The translations under genes and the position numbers were made by a program. DNA of 64,000 nucleotides from Ylistrum balloti. Its lineage: Eukaryota. How positions within the stretch are numbered: the stretch's first letter is position 1; each line of letters begins with the position of its first letter. The notes beneath the pieces are model-generated. The model had not been told where the DNA came from. It did not search any database and saw only the letters and a list, made by a program, of their open reading frames with translations. Below, one piece after another: positions 25,061-38,500 of the stretch. The stretch covers positions 62,001 through 126,000 of the forward strand of contig NW_026781974.1 in assembly GCF_031769215.1 (NCBI RefSeq), given 5' to 3'.

Positions 25061-25948
25061 GTGATGGAATTTAAGTCTGAGTAAACAGTTTTCTGCAATG
25101 AAGAAGAATTACATAAATGTGATGCCAGTGAAGGTGTCAGTAGTTCACTTCTAGCAGAGATGAAAGTATCTCAGTACTGGAATATAAGGACTTGTCACAT
25201 ATTGTGATTCTTTGTTGATAAGTCACAAATTACATATATTTTGACATTATCTTCAATGTTTTTGTTTTCATTCCATCCATTTAGCATAATCGTTCGGGTA
25301 TTTGCTTTTTTTTTTACATTTAGAGATTTTTGACTGTATTGAAACTATTTTTGTAATAAACTTTTAATATGAAATTGAAAGCTAGTTTTTGTATTCATAT
25401 AATGTTATTTGATAACAAATAAACAATGTTATGTACTCGACAATGTAGTTACTACAGGATATCAATGGTATAATCACGTGCATAAACATCAGAATGTTTA
25501 AACCTTTTTGCTAATTTGTCATAATTTGATGACGATATACACTAACTACTTCGTAACTCTGCTAAATTGTATTAAAATACGGAACTCTCGTTCACATCAA
25601 ACATTAATACTGATGAACGTAAGGTTGTACAAAAGACGTATTCCACCTTCAAATACAAATTTAGATTTAGATACAGTAGAACCAAACAATGAAATAAACT
25701 GCAACATACAGTTGTTTCGTCTTTAAAGGACTCGTTAGTGATGCTAAGGACACAAATGTTTATGCCTAGGAGGCGACTGAGGAAAATCAAGTGATCCAAA
25801 GAAAAAGTCTCAATCTGGACGAGGGGGCGGGGGCATTTGCCCCATAATTCGCAATCTATATACAGATAGATAACTTGGAACAGCGTCACGTAAATGTGTA
25901 TTTATTTGATAATAAAACATTTATTATATATATATGTATAACAAAATT

Positions 25949-26464
25949 AGTGATAATATAACGAATCAAATCTATATTTATATATAAACAACAACAGTGA
26001 TGATATAACGAACCAAATCTATATTTATATATAAACAACAACAGTGGTGATATAATGAACCAAATCTCTATATTTATATATAAACAACATCAGTGATGAT
26101 ATAATGAACCAAATCTCTATATTTATATATAAACAACATCAGTGTGTTATAACGAACCAAATCTATATTTATATATAAACAACATCAGTGTGATATAACG
26201 AACCAAATCTCTATATTTATATATAAACAACAACAGTGATGATATAACGAACCAAATCTATATTTATATATAAACAACAACAGTGTGATATAATGAACCA
26301 GATCTCTATATTTATATATAAACAACAACAGTGATGATATAACGAACCAAATCTATATTTATATATAAACAACAACAGTGGTGATATAATGAATCAGATC
26401 TCTATATTTATATATAAACAACATGAGTGTTTATATAAACAAGAACAGTGTTGATATAACGAAC
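25949..26464. repeat. AT-rich 44-48-bp minisatellite (~11 copies)
   Basis: Unit approximately AACGAACCAAATCTATATTTATATATAAACAACAACAGTGATGATAT. Confidence 0.9.
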
Positions 26465-26988
26465 TACTTTTGATATCAACAAAAGCCAAATATTTTTTTA
26501 AATAAAGAATCAGTCGATTATGAGAAAGGTTGCAATTCAGTTTCTTAAAATCTTAATTCTATCAGTTGTGCGCAAGACCATACTTAAAACGTGAAGCACG
26601 AAATTTGTTTTGTTTTGTTGTTGGAACCATTTTTTTAAAAATAGACCTTCCTCGAAGTGCATTAGCATGACCAATAATTTCTTATCTTTAAATGCGTGTG
26701 TTTTTCTGAAACTTTATCAGCTTTCTTTTAAAGTAAAAAAAATCTTCTAGTAAATATACTTTTTTAAAAATTCAAATGGAAAAGTTTATAATGACAACTA
26801 TGGTATACTATTAGCAATAAATGTATAGAAAAGCACGAACTGAAATGAACGATAAATCTTGTAAACAAAGAGAGGATAAGAAATAGATACGACGAAGTAT
26901 AGGTGTATGACCTAGATATCCTGATAGACAGAACAGGTGGCGCCTCGTTGACCACAGTGACACGTAAACGTACCAGGAACATCTCAGA

Positions 26989-29900
26989 ATGTCGAGCATG
27001 TGGTCCATCATTCTTGTTTTAACCTTCTGTATCTTACAAGGTTTGTAATTCTTACCTCCAAGTTCGTTTAAAATTCATTTCTATGGAAATTGTATTTTAA
27101 AAAAAACTAACTCGAAAAAGTTTTGTTAAACTTTTCTGTCTTTAAAAAAATCGCCTCTTAAACTTGAAAGTCGTTTTCCCCTTTTGGCGTATATGTAAAC
27201 AGCCCCATTGTTAATCTGCATACGTTGAGAGCATGTCATAAAGGTATTTTGACAAATTCGACCATCGATTTTAACAAAAACACAAATGCATGCTATTCGA
27301 TAATACTCGAAAACTACATTATACTACTTTTTTCTGTTTATATGCATAGAGTCTGTGTGACGTTTTGGTAGCTACGTATTGTCGCAAAAAGAAAACATGA
27401 TCGCGACAGCAAATGCACAATTCTGTTTGCATTTTCATACGGCTGTAATTATGGCCAAAAGACCTATTCATATGAAATGGAATATTAATCATCCTATTAA
27501 GAAGAGAACTCAGAGGGCTCATCATTACTTTATATTTGTATGTTCTTTAATAGTTGGATCTTTTCGTTTCCTTTCTATCATTTCTCCTGTATTACTGTTG
27601 ATTATATTAAATTTGAAAATTTCTCTCAAGAAATATCTATTACTGCCAAAAATAAGATGGTCGCCTGTCGGTCATCTTACGTTCGTGATCAGTCCCAGAA
27701 TCGAAAATGCACAATAAGGAACCAAGAGGATCCTACATCTGAAATTTGGGAAAGGTCCATCCAGTACTGTTAAAGAAATAGCGATAACAAACTTTCATCG
27801 TCAAAAGCCAAGATGACGCCTCTCAGATATTTTGTACTTCTGATCAGTCCAAAAATCAGAAGAACACAACTAAGGACCTAATGAAATTTGAGAGATCCAT
27901 TCAGCACTTCTCTAAAATTAGAAATAACAAGTATTGTTTACGGACGGACCAATGACGTGAGGTGGGGCATTTTTCAAATATATTTTCAAGGTATGTATTT
28001 TCGGTTTTTCTTTCTATCCTCAAATACTTGGAAAACAAAATCCCTCGAAAATAACATAATTTACAGTATCCTACCGATGCCTTACCAAGACATTATGCTG
28101 GCTGATATTATATGAACGAATTGTTTCTTTACTTTTAGCCAATGCCGACTGTCCTGATGGCTACATGAAACATCACGGATCCTGCTACCGATTTCACCAT
28201 ACCGAGTTCACCTGGCCGGAGGCTGTGGTGAGTTTTGACTTTAACTCACAATAAACAGTTACTGGAAAATTGTACAGCATAAATCATTCGAAAAGTGTAT
28301 TAGATTATAGCTTAGACGTCTCGGAATAAAACCAGACAAATGTTTTTCTAAAGATATGATAAATTCATACAATCTTGCCCGATTAATTATTTGGTAAATA
28401 AAGTGAATTGAAATACATAGAAAATGTTATTTTCATATCAAGAAACATTTCAACAATCTGAGCAACGCTTATATGTTTGTTTCTAATTACTTGGCGAGTA
28501 GGCTCCCCTGAGAAATGTGTTGGACAAAGCACGGCAGAGGAATAAAAATGATAATAATGGTGTTTATATAATAATATTTTTTGTGTTAAATGCCTTAGCG
28601 ACTACACATCAGCTGATCGAGTACATATTAATAAGATGACCAGACCACACGAGAACATTGTACAAGGTTTATTTGCCGAAGCATTTGCTATCAAATGTCT
28701 ATATCCTCGGCCTGTCAAGGCCGCCGTTTTGTTTAAAACGCATACACAAGGCAATAAGAGGGTTTGAAAAAGTCTATATTGCAAAGCATCTAAACGACAC
28801 GGAATTTACTCCAGAATTTTATCGACAACTTTTTTTAAAGTAGAGAGCTACTACTGGATAATTTATAGGTTAGCTGCTTATGTACTGTTGATCAAACAGT
28901 CGATAGATGTATGGGTTGCTAACTATGAAGTTTTATTTTATTTTTGTTCCCCCACGACCGCTGTATCAAGTGTTAACGGACCCCTTGACCAATATTAGGA
29001 TACATTAAACATCATTTCTTAGCTGCAAAAACATTAATATGCTCATACCTATTAACGATTAGCTTGCAGGTAGAAGAAAACAATATGTCCCCACTTGGTT
29101 TGGGAGACTTAATCATGACTCTCTCTGTGGAGATGACTGCTGCTATGATGACTTAACTCCCAGTGAGATACATATATTATATGACAGTGTATATATTTGT
29201 AAAGATCTCCCAAACTGATAGCTCTACGATCACTCAGCTTGTATTTTCCTGAATAAGTGTACTTTACAATTCATTCATTTTGATTTGTATAGAAATCCCG
29301 ATAACTCGGAGATGAGTTTCACACGATCTGGCTGCATTCGCTATGACTACACACATTGTCAAGTGTTATACTGTACACTTCTTGTTCTGCAAGTGTTTAC
29401 AAAAATGTCTGGACTACTGCTGGAATATCACTATGAAAAGTTCATTCTGTTCAAAAAAGTATTTCCAAAACCGGAATTCAAATTTCCGGACTGGTTAGGA
29501 CAACTAACGTTAAGGGAATCCGTCCAGATTGTGAGTTTTCCGGACTATCGGCGTCCGAATTATCGTGGGTCTACTGTATATATAAGTTAATCAGGGAAAA
29601 ATTTAAGTTATTCAGGCAGTATATTTGAGTCAATTAGGGAGTTAATTCAGCCAATAAAGGATATATTATCATCCAAACGATAATATTTATGGGTAATGTT
29701 AATCGATTACAATTGTTGGTTTCTAGTAACTTGGGCTATCTTTTTATGTTTATCCAGTCATTCTGCCGTGCATTCAATTCCCATCTACTGAAATTGGAAA
29801 CAGAAGCTGAATTTACATTTGTTCGAGGAAAGGCAAAGGAATCGGGAGGTAGGGTCTACGGTTATTGATATACACAAACTTCGCTGTCTGTGCTGATATA

Positions 29901-31913
29901 CTTTATTGTAAAGTTGATACATAGAGGATATCTTTTAGTGTCTCCAGTAATAATATGCTTGTTGCGGACACTACTCACTCAATATAGTTTCGCAGTACGC
30001 GTCAAAATATAATCCGTATTTAAAAATTCATTTGAAAATATGTTTACGCAAAAATAAATTTCAATGTAAATTAATTCGTATATTTACATAGAAAATCTTT
30101 TTTATTCGTGTCAACAACTGTAAATTTGCAGTAAAATTTCAGAGAGTTTAACCATGACTAGTTACTACCTAGCTGCAAATATTTCAGCAATCTACAGCTG
30201 TCGTTGTTAATGACACAAATCCTCTTGAAATGTCTAACATGGTAGCTCCACATTCAAGACGTTCGGTTAGGGATTGGGCTTGATGTCTGATAAAGTAATT
30301 TGTGTTGCATTATTTGTTAACTCTCATGGAACTAGAATTTTTGTGTTCTCTCTTTCCATTGATGTAAGTCTGCAAAAGTGTTTATTCTCAGTCGTGCAAA
30401 ATAACAAAAAACTATTTATTTTTCACTAGTGAAAAATAACACATTTCTCAATGAGATATTTATCTATATTTCACTGGCAAAAAAATAGTAAAATCCATTT
30501 TTATATTGTCAATTCATGATATATCAGATGATAAATAAATTGCATTATTTTCAAACTTTGGAACACATTGTTTTATACAATGTGCAGTGATGTATTACAC
30601 ATTCAGTTAGCTGTCTATGACAATACAACATTTTGGATGAATAATCGAACACCAGCCTATTGTGTGTGAACTTTCTATATACAGTATTTATAACATCACT
30701 GCACTAAAGTGATGATGTAAAACAAACTTTAAATCAATCAATCAAAACGAAGTATTTATTCATTACATCTCTATCAGCAATTTTCCCCAGTTTTTGTAAC
30801 GAAAGTCGATCATTTTTTGTTCTCCCTTACCTATAATCCACACACTACGTGTTATTTCTAAATTATATAGTAAGCATTATGCATACATGGTTACGATCTA
30901 ATACATTTTTGTACTATCTAGTTTTATTCTTGCACTTTTTTAGGAATCACCATGTAAATATTTCTTTTGTTCATATTATACCATAGTTTGGATTATGATT
31001 ACATAGGCATGTTGGTATGTTTGGTTGTTTTTACTGGCTTTCTCCAACCTCCACCCTACCATATCCCTGTTTCTTTCGTTTAATATCATTTACAACCTAG
31101 CAGATACAGCTATAAACCTTTCTACCTGTTCCTTAGGTGATGGCTATTGGACAGGTGGGTCTGATGCTGTGGAAGACCGTAACTGGATATGGGCGGAAAC
31201 AGGAAGTGCACTGGCCTTGACGGGAGACTGGGGACCAAATGAACCTGATAACGCAGCTGGTAGAGATTGTCTCGGACTTTGGGGGGCAGGAGATTTCCAA
31301 CTTGGTGCATACGACTGCCGCCATTTATTAAGACCCATATGTGAAGTAGAGTAAGTACCAGACAAAGAGAGCAGTTGTTGGTAGTGGTGTTCTTTGTTCT
31401 CATTTCATTTGCTTTATATCTCATAAAACACAATAATTACATTAACTATTATCATCATATGTCTTCATGCCAATGGCCAATTCGTTAAACATTTCATTGG
31501 ATGACCTACCTAAATCACTTCTAATGATCAACAATTCTGCAACCAATTCTGGCGCCAAAATTTGATGTACATCATAGGTCAACAATACTTCAGTTGTATC
31601 ATAACATCAACTGTAACGTTTGTTCAACTTTGTTCTTTCGAAAGTATATTAATAAAAAAGGCGGGTCGAATCTTTGATACCTTGTACTAAAATAACTTTT
31701 ATTATATCGAATAGATAAGATAAATAATTGAAACAAATCTTTCAGATTTCTGCAAAGAAGTAAAGCAGGGAACAAGAGGCTGTGTTACTTCTTGGCAACT
31801 TAATATCATTGTTTCATTTACGATTGTATAAACCCTAATTAGACATCATAGATATTATATATATTTGTCATTGTTTCAGTATTGAGACACCTGCTCAAGG
31901 AATTGTTGGTTAA
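26989..31913 (+). CDS. Secreted C-type lectin 1 (perlucin-like), 159 aa, 5 coding exons
   Basis: join(26989..27040,28139..28227,29758..29848,31137..31350,31880..31913); all introns GT-AG and in frame. Signal peptide MSSMWSIILVLTFCILQ, then CPDGY..HGSCY..TWPEAVSFC..YWTGGSD..WGPNEPD..DC..C..PICE, ending QGIVG*. AATAAA at 31982. Confidence 0.88.
27640..27965. mobile_element. Decayed Helentron-associated (HINE-like) repeat remnant in lectin 1 intron 1
   Basis: Two diverged ~154-bp-spaced copies starting TGATCAGTCC (27687, 27841), followed by a CGGACGGAC microsatellite remnant (~27941). This layout resembles bivalve HINEs. Termini were not identified. Confidence 0.35.
29460..29578 (-). mobile_element. 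Tc1/pogo-type MITE end remnant
   Basis: The minus strand begins TA|CAGTAGACCCACGATAATTCGGAC, a pogo/Tigger-like TIR with TA flank. There is only a weak partner near 29290. Confidence 0.35.
30925..31030 (+). repeat. Dispersed ~200-bp repeat family, partial copy A
   Basis: GTAAATATTTCTTTTGTTCATATT..CATGTTGGTAT matches the 3' half of copies B, C and D. Confidence 0.65.
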
Positions 31914-32671
31914 GCAGAGTAAAGAGGAATAATGATTTGGGATTTTCGTTATCGTGGAATGTATGTAATGTAGTTTAGATCAATAAAGTCGACGTGAAAA
32001 GCACGTGTTTACTGCGTTTTGTTCTCCATTCACCATGATATCATTTTAATCATTCTTTATTATCCTACATTGCCAGAAAAAACCTTTCATGTCTCATAAA
32101 AAAGGCGAAAATTGTTTTTCCCTAGGTTTTGGCCAAACTCCGCCTTTGAAGAAATTTCTACTTCTTCTGCAGTTTTAAAGACTGTACAAATACTGAATAA
32201 CACATTTCAATATATATGTAGTTTTGCATGTTATATACGCTTAATAATGATATAGTTTCCATCATAAATCATAAAATTTCTTCTAGAACTCGACAGTGAT
32301 GCACGGGACCTTACGTGGGACCTGAAATATAGGGAAATAAAAAACAGCCAAAACAAATACTTAGACATAGGTGGAGATGTGTAGTTACACCAGAACTCAT
32401 ATCAGTTTTGCAAACATTCAGTAACGGACAATTTTTAAAGAACGTCAAGTATATGTGTACTTTCTGAACCTAACACTATTCATGTAGACTTATGTTTGGC
32501 ATATGGGTTAAAACACAAGCAGACTTTATCAACTGCATTCTAAAAGGATTCTGCAAAAGTTATGCATGTGACTGGCACATTTAGATAGAAATGTAGTATT
32601 ATGTTTGATTACTTGGTTAATTGCCCCATGGAGAGCCAGTGTCATTTTGGGACACAATCTCTCGATACTAG

Positions 32672-32892
32672 ATGGCGGGTGCATCACCGAACAATATACC
32701 AAAGACCTGTGCCATCCAGAGCAATAGGGTGATGCCTAAGAAGACGCTTACTCTTCCGAAACACCTGGTCTTATTATCCTTGTACTTTTCAGGAGTATCC
32801 GTGTAAATATTTCTTTTGTTCATATTTTGCCCTAGTTGTATGGCATTTGAGGTTGAGTTACGATTATGTTGCCATGTTGGTATTTTCTTGAC
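32672..32892 (+). repeat. Dispersed ~200-bp repeat family, copy B
   Basis: ATGGCGGGTG...GAAGACGCTTACTCTTCC (32740-32757)...TTTCTTTTGTTCATATTTTGCCCTAG...CATGTTGGTATTTTCTTG. Confidence 0.85.
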
Positions 32893-33444
32893 TTTTTTCA
32901 AAACCAATCAGAATAGAAATGTCAGGCAACGGAAAAATACAAACATCGAACCTTCAAACTTGGTATTAGGCTGACAAATGTCCAATGAAAGAACCTAGAA
33001 AGATCCCAATTTTAGATATCTTTTAGGACCACAGTGGTATACATCAGGTCATCTTCTTGGAAATTGCTAATTTTACTGGGAAGTAGAGCGCATTGCAACA
33101 TGTGAATTGTTTGTTACTCACCAAAAATACCACACTATTTCAGACGCATGGAACACGAAACGAAACACTTTTACTGTCACTCGAAATTTTATAAAATATT
33201 TTCCATTCCCTCTTGATCCATGTTTTCGGACTAACATAACAATGGAAACACCAAAATGTCGAAAAAAAACCTTCTGCATAGACAGAGAAAAAAACATATT
33301 TTAAGTTCATACGTGGAAATGAAATATATCAGGGGAATCATGTAATAAAATGTATTACGGTAATAGACATTCCTATCACTATTTGGTTATTACACCATTC
33401 AATATTAATTAAGTTTTTCAAGTTCTGTTAAGATTGGTCATATA

Positions 33445-34973
33445 TACTTAAAGGATAAACAAACGCAGGTTAATATTTATTCCGATTTTTTGAAAACGCG
33501 TTCTCCAAATAAAGTGAAACTTTGTGGATTGAGTAATTAGGTCATATTACACCTTGTCATGTATCGAAAAATTAGTCACGGTACAGTGCGCAGCTCTGGT
33601 AAATGGAGGAAGGAAAAAACGAATGTCGTGCACCGTGTTGTTCTGGTCTCATGCAGCGTTGGTCAAGTCACATTTTGTTAGTCTTTATACAGACCAACTG
33701 CTTCCATAAAATTAATTGAGAATTTGATTCGTTTTAAGAATGGCACGACTCACAGAAGTTCAGAGGGGTCAGGCCATTCAGATGCTGATGCAAGGACAGC
33801 TGGAAAATCAGGTTGCTAGGCACTTTGGTGTTAATGTTTCCACCATAGAACGTCTTGTAAGACGTGTTCGGGAAACTGGGCGATTGGCCGATCGACCTAG
33901 GTCATGACGTCCGCGCGTAACGTCACGACGTCAGGATCGCTATATCGTCGTCTCTCGTGTGCGTAATCGGCGCCTTACTGCCGTTGAGAGTGCACTTTAT
34001 GTTCGTGGAAATCATGGGTGTCCTATAAGTTCAAAAACTGTAAGGAATCGATTATGAGAAGTTGGTGTAAGAGCACGCCGCCCCTACGTAGGTCCACACC
34101 TTACCCCTGCTCGACGTCAGCGTCGTATGGCCTTGGTCGCTGCACTTGCTCCACGACGGTTTCCACTGAGGCAGTGGAGACAAGTTTTCTTCACGGATGA
34201 GTCTCGATTCTGTCTTTATCGATCTGACGGCCGCCAACGTGTCTACCGACGTCGTGGCGAACGTTTTACGGACGCTTGTGTTAAAGAGAGGGATAGGTTT
34301 GGAGGCGGTTCAGTAATGGTGTGGGGAAGAATCTCACACGGGTTAAAATCACAATTGGTTGTTATTGATGGCAATTTAACAGCAGCTAAGTATAGAGATG
34401 AGATCCTGCAACCCCATGTTATCCCTTTCTTACAGCAGCATAATCTAACCCTCCAGCAGGATAATGCTAGGCCCCACGTAGCAAGGATTTGACAAGTTTT
34501 TCTGACCAACAACAACATTCAACCACTAGATCGGCCGCCATATAGCCCTGAGTTGTCCCCGATCGAGCACCTTTGGGACCAGTTGGATAGACAGGTTCGA
34601 AAGCGCCAGCCACCCCCTGCTACTCGAGAGCAGTTGACCAGAGCTCTGATTGAAGAGTGGGGCAACATCCCCATAAGACGGATTAACGCTCTCATGAACT
34701 CTATGACCAGAAGAATAAGGGCCGTGACCACAACAAACGGCGCACACACAAGATATTGATGACTCAGTTCAATTTCAATTTCAAAATCCTATGGGTCCAT
34801 GCAATTTAATCGTTAGTACCTCTAAACCAATTGTCAGATGCAAAATACAGACTTTGGAAATTTTTAAGCTTTAATTTATCTGTAAGTATACAAAAGTTCG
34901 TTTTAAATGAAGCCTGATATCATACTTCATTTCTGGTTTAAAGTTCACCCTGCGTTTCTTTATCCTTTTAGTA
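33445..34973 (+). mobile_element. Full-length Tc1-family (DD34E) DNA transposon
   Basis: TIRs 33441-33469 (TATATACTTAAAGGATAAACAAACGCAGG) and 34949-34977 match at 27 of 29 positions, with TA-dinucleotide flanks. The exact end is ambiguous by one TA. Confidence 0.93.
33740..34759 (+). pseudogene. Tc1 transposase pseudogene (339 codons, three in-frame TGA stops, no frameshift)
   Basis: MARLTEVQRGQAIQML..VARHFGVNVSTI (HTH); TDESRF, QQDNARPH and SPELSPIEHLW with exactly 34 residues between the second D and E; ends GAHTRY*. Stops at 33905, 34055 and 34490. Confidence 0.93.
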
Positions 34974-35423
34974 TATATTATCGATTCTTACTATATCTTA
35001 GACAGGAAAAGGTTAATGATATTCATTGCTTAAGGGTATTATAGTATGATAAATGGTATGCATGCTACTTGCTTAATTTTACAATAACAGAAAATATAGA
35101 TAGGTCAACAGAAAACGTATGTGAAAAAGTGCAAGGAAAATAAGAAAAGAACAGCTAGCGTCCTTTGTTTGATAGACACCTGCTTTGGAAATCATGGTAA
35201 ATCCAAGTACGAACTGTCATGTTCTCAAAGGAAAATAAAGTAAACAAAAATAGAACCAACAGACTGCATGTTATCGATGATCAAACACGTCCCATAGGTT
35301 GCCAAGAGCATATCATTTCATCAGATTTTTACTCATGAATTGATGGGCATTTGATATTTGATCATTGTATTAATGTTACCATTTTTGTTTTATACAGCAC
35401 GCCTGTGAACATACCGTCCAGTT

Positions 35424-35435
35424 CTTATCTTATCT
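35424..35435 (-). promoter_or_regulatory. Tandem GATA-type motif upstream of lectin 2
   Basis: CTTATCTTATCT (AGATAAGATAAG on the minus strand), 116 bp before the ATG and identical to 42959-42970. Confidence 0.35.
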
Positions 35436-35550
35436 GTAGAACTGGATCTATCTGACTTTACACTAAGGTTTCCAGGGTCACTGTGTGTTGACGCTGTATT
35501 GTAAAGTGATTAGTTTGATTACAGATCCGGTTCAGCTTAAACAGAACAAA

Positions 35551-38500
35551 ATGTTGAAGTATGGTATTGTTTGCTTGCTACTCATTTTCGGAATTGTAAG
35601 CGGTAAGTATTGACAAGTCGAAGCTGGACAATACCACGATTATAAAGTTTACAATCAAGCTGGTCAGTCTTACAGTTGAACCGATGGCGTTGGTCACGGG
35701 GATTATTTCGGTATGGTGGTACATGTTTTGCCATCGAAGACGTAATATTTGTTGATATCGTAAGATCCTTGAAAAGTTGCACAAAGAACATCACATCATG
35801 TAATAATTCGAATGGAAAACTGGCCTTCAAAGGTTTGCCGTAACCTGCATGCCTCGTTTTAAGAATCCGAAAACTGTGCTTGACATTGTTCTAACACTAT
35901 CAGATTTAAAAAAAACGAAATTTAGACTAGTGTACCTCCCAATCTACAATATGAATGTTTCCTCAGGCGCCTCCAAGGCTTCAAAATTTAGGTCTTTAGC
36001 ATAACTTACTAGTCATATAAAGACGAAACAGCTGTATGATACAATTTAATTAGTGATAGGCTTTCTAACTCTAAACTGGTATTAAAATATGCTATTCACT
36101 TGTGAAAAGTATCAAGGTATGTTTATGTTTGTTGAATTCTATTTGTTCTGTTGTCAGTTTTAATAAATAACCTTTAATTTGAATCATATATAGATGGTAG
36201 TAAAAAATGGTCACCGGTTTATAGAAGGCCGACTGTTATCTAAAGATTCATATAATGATTTGAGAATCTTTTGAGTACATGTATAGTGCTATTACAGTGG
36301 AGCATCATTAGATCGCCAAGCTATCATGACGCGCACTCGATCACATTATAAAGTTAAGAGGAGGAGATGACAATTCTAATATTAATCGCCTTATATTGTT
36401 CACATGCTAGGGACAGTAAGAATCCGTTTTTATTTCGTCACACAGTTCAGAAACAAAGGATATACTGTAATCATGATTACTTTCCATCCACAGTTGCAGC
36501 AAATTGTCCAGCCGGTTTCATCCAGAACCTAGAAAGGTGTTATAAATTCTTTACCAACACTTTTACATGGCCCGAGGCTGTAGTAAGTAATGCAACTTTG
36601 TCAAGTATTTACATTTTGTCTATTATCTGCCACGATAATTGGGTTCAGTGTAAAGAGTGATTTTGTTTGTATTTGTATTGTTCACAAAAGTCTAGTGGAG
36701 ACCCAGAGAACTGTTTCAAGGTACTACTGTACCTTTCATATCATCATGTCTTCGATAAACTGGCAAACCGCTCTAAAAAGTCAGGAACCATTAGATAAAT
36801 ATAGAATTATCATAATAGTTGTGCACTCGATGATATTTTGAACTCAGATATATTAACCTGTATTCGTTCTTGTGTTTTGTAGTCGTTCTGCGGTGCATTC
36901 AATACACGTATTCTTACCATAAGCGACGATGCGGAAATGACATTCATAAGGAACAAGGCGAATGAGACAGGAGGTAAAAACAGACAGATAGTGCCAATAA
37001 AATTCCAATTCAATGTCGGTGAAAAGTTGAAGGAAAAAATATTGACACAATGTTATAGGACAATTATAACACGAGTTAACAATCGCCTTGTACATCAGTT
37101 TCAGAGTTGATTTGAACGGAAACTAGGACTTATTGTTTGAATTAACGAAATTATCAAATTAAACACATAAGGTGTTGAGATTGATAGGTGAAAGATCCAA
37201 GGGACTAACGTTTGATTTAGCATGAATTAGAGAGTAGCAGTCCAGTACAAGTTATTCCAGGTAACATCTTTCCTATCGGCACTATCTAGTCTTTTATTAT
37301 GATATCAATCTTGGGAAAATCACTTAATATCATACCCCTACTTCTCCGATATAGACATTATCCATTGTTTTTTTCAAAGTATTGAACGAAAATGATATCT
37401 TCTGTGTACAGGCTATGGGTTTTGGACGGGGGGCTCCGACGCACTTGATCAGAACGAGTGGATATGGGCGCAGACAGGAGAGATGTTGACACTGACCGGC
37501 AAATGGGCTCCAGGTGAACCAGACCAGAGCAGCGGTAAAGATTGTCTGGGATTATGGGGTGAACACGACTTCCTCTTTGGAGCTTGGGACTGCACCGCTC
37601 TACTACAGCCTATTTGTGAAGTCAGGTTTGTGTGATTTGGTTCGTGGTTATACGTAATTCGTAAATCCTCTGAAGACAAATATGTATATATGAACATATA
37701 GTTTGGAATTTTCAAAGGATTATGTAGGGTCGTAGGAGGAGACATGTTTAGTTCATGTAGGTCATGGCTAGGCATGAATTAATAGCACTGTTCAATACAA
37801 AACACCGATCTGACCGCTGGTTAGGCTTAAGAGATCTGAAAAAAAGTATTAGTCAGGAAAATCCTTAAACACCGTATTAAAGCTTGACCTGAACTTTATC
37901 CAAATACAATTGATTATAGTTCATCGTTCAACTCCATCATACCTAGTACTTTATTAGCCTCAACCATAATTTAAAACGCAACACATTTTTCCCGATGCTA
38001 CATTGTTCGTATAGTATAATTTGCTTTGTTCCGTGAATAATCAGGACCGTCGTGAGGTGGTCCTTTCTAGAACAGATAATGACTACAAATGACCACTGCC
38101 GGTAATTCAGTGAAATTTCAGAAAAAAACGTCTTGCGCCATGTAAGTTATAAAGTTATGAAATAGACAAGAAATCCACTTGCACCTCATTGGTTGGTTGC
38201 GGTTTTGGACATCAATTACACATGAAATAGCCGAAGATGTTAGATGCAACGGTATAATTTTATCTATATAGTTATTAATATTCACCACAGCAATCACAGA
38301 CCGATCATTCAGTAAAAACACAATGTAGGATTCAATATGATATTGAAGGATATAAACTTAAAATTACTGTAAATTACTGATAGAGTGAAACTACGACTTC
38401 ACAGTATTTACCTCCGATATTATTAGATGGTGTACATTTTTGACCGATCTTTTTTTTTTTTTTTTTTTTAAAAATAAAAAATAAATAAAAACCAATGAAA

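Noticed and set aside
29101-29165. Imperfect hairpin containing ATGATGA as a C/D snoRNA or pre-miRNA
   Set aside because: The box C word lies near the 3' arm with no downstream CTGA box D, and the stem is short and bulged.
33905-34492. Three TGA codons in the Tc1 ORF as selenocysteine or read-through
   Set aside because: They fall at positions expected to be Gly, Arg and Cys, each is one mutation from sense, and no SECIS is evident. Ordinary nonsense decay explains them.
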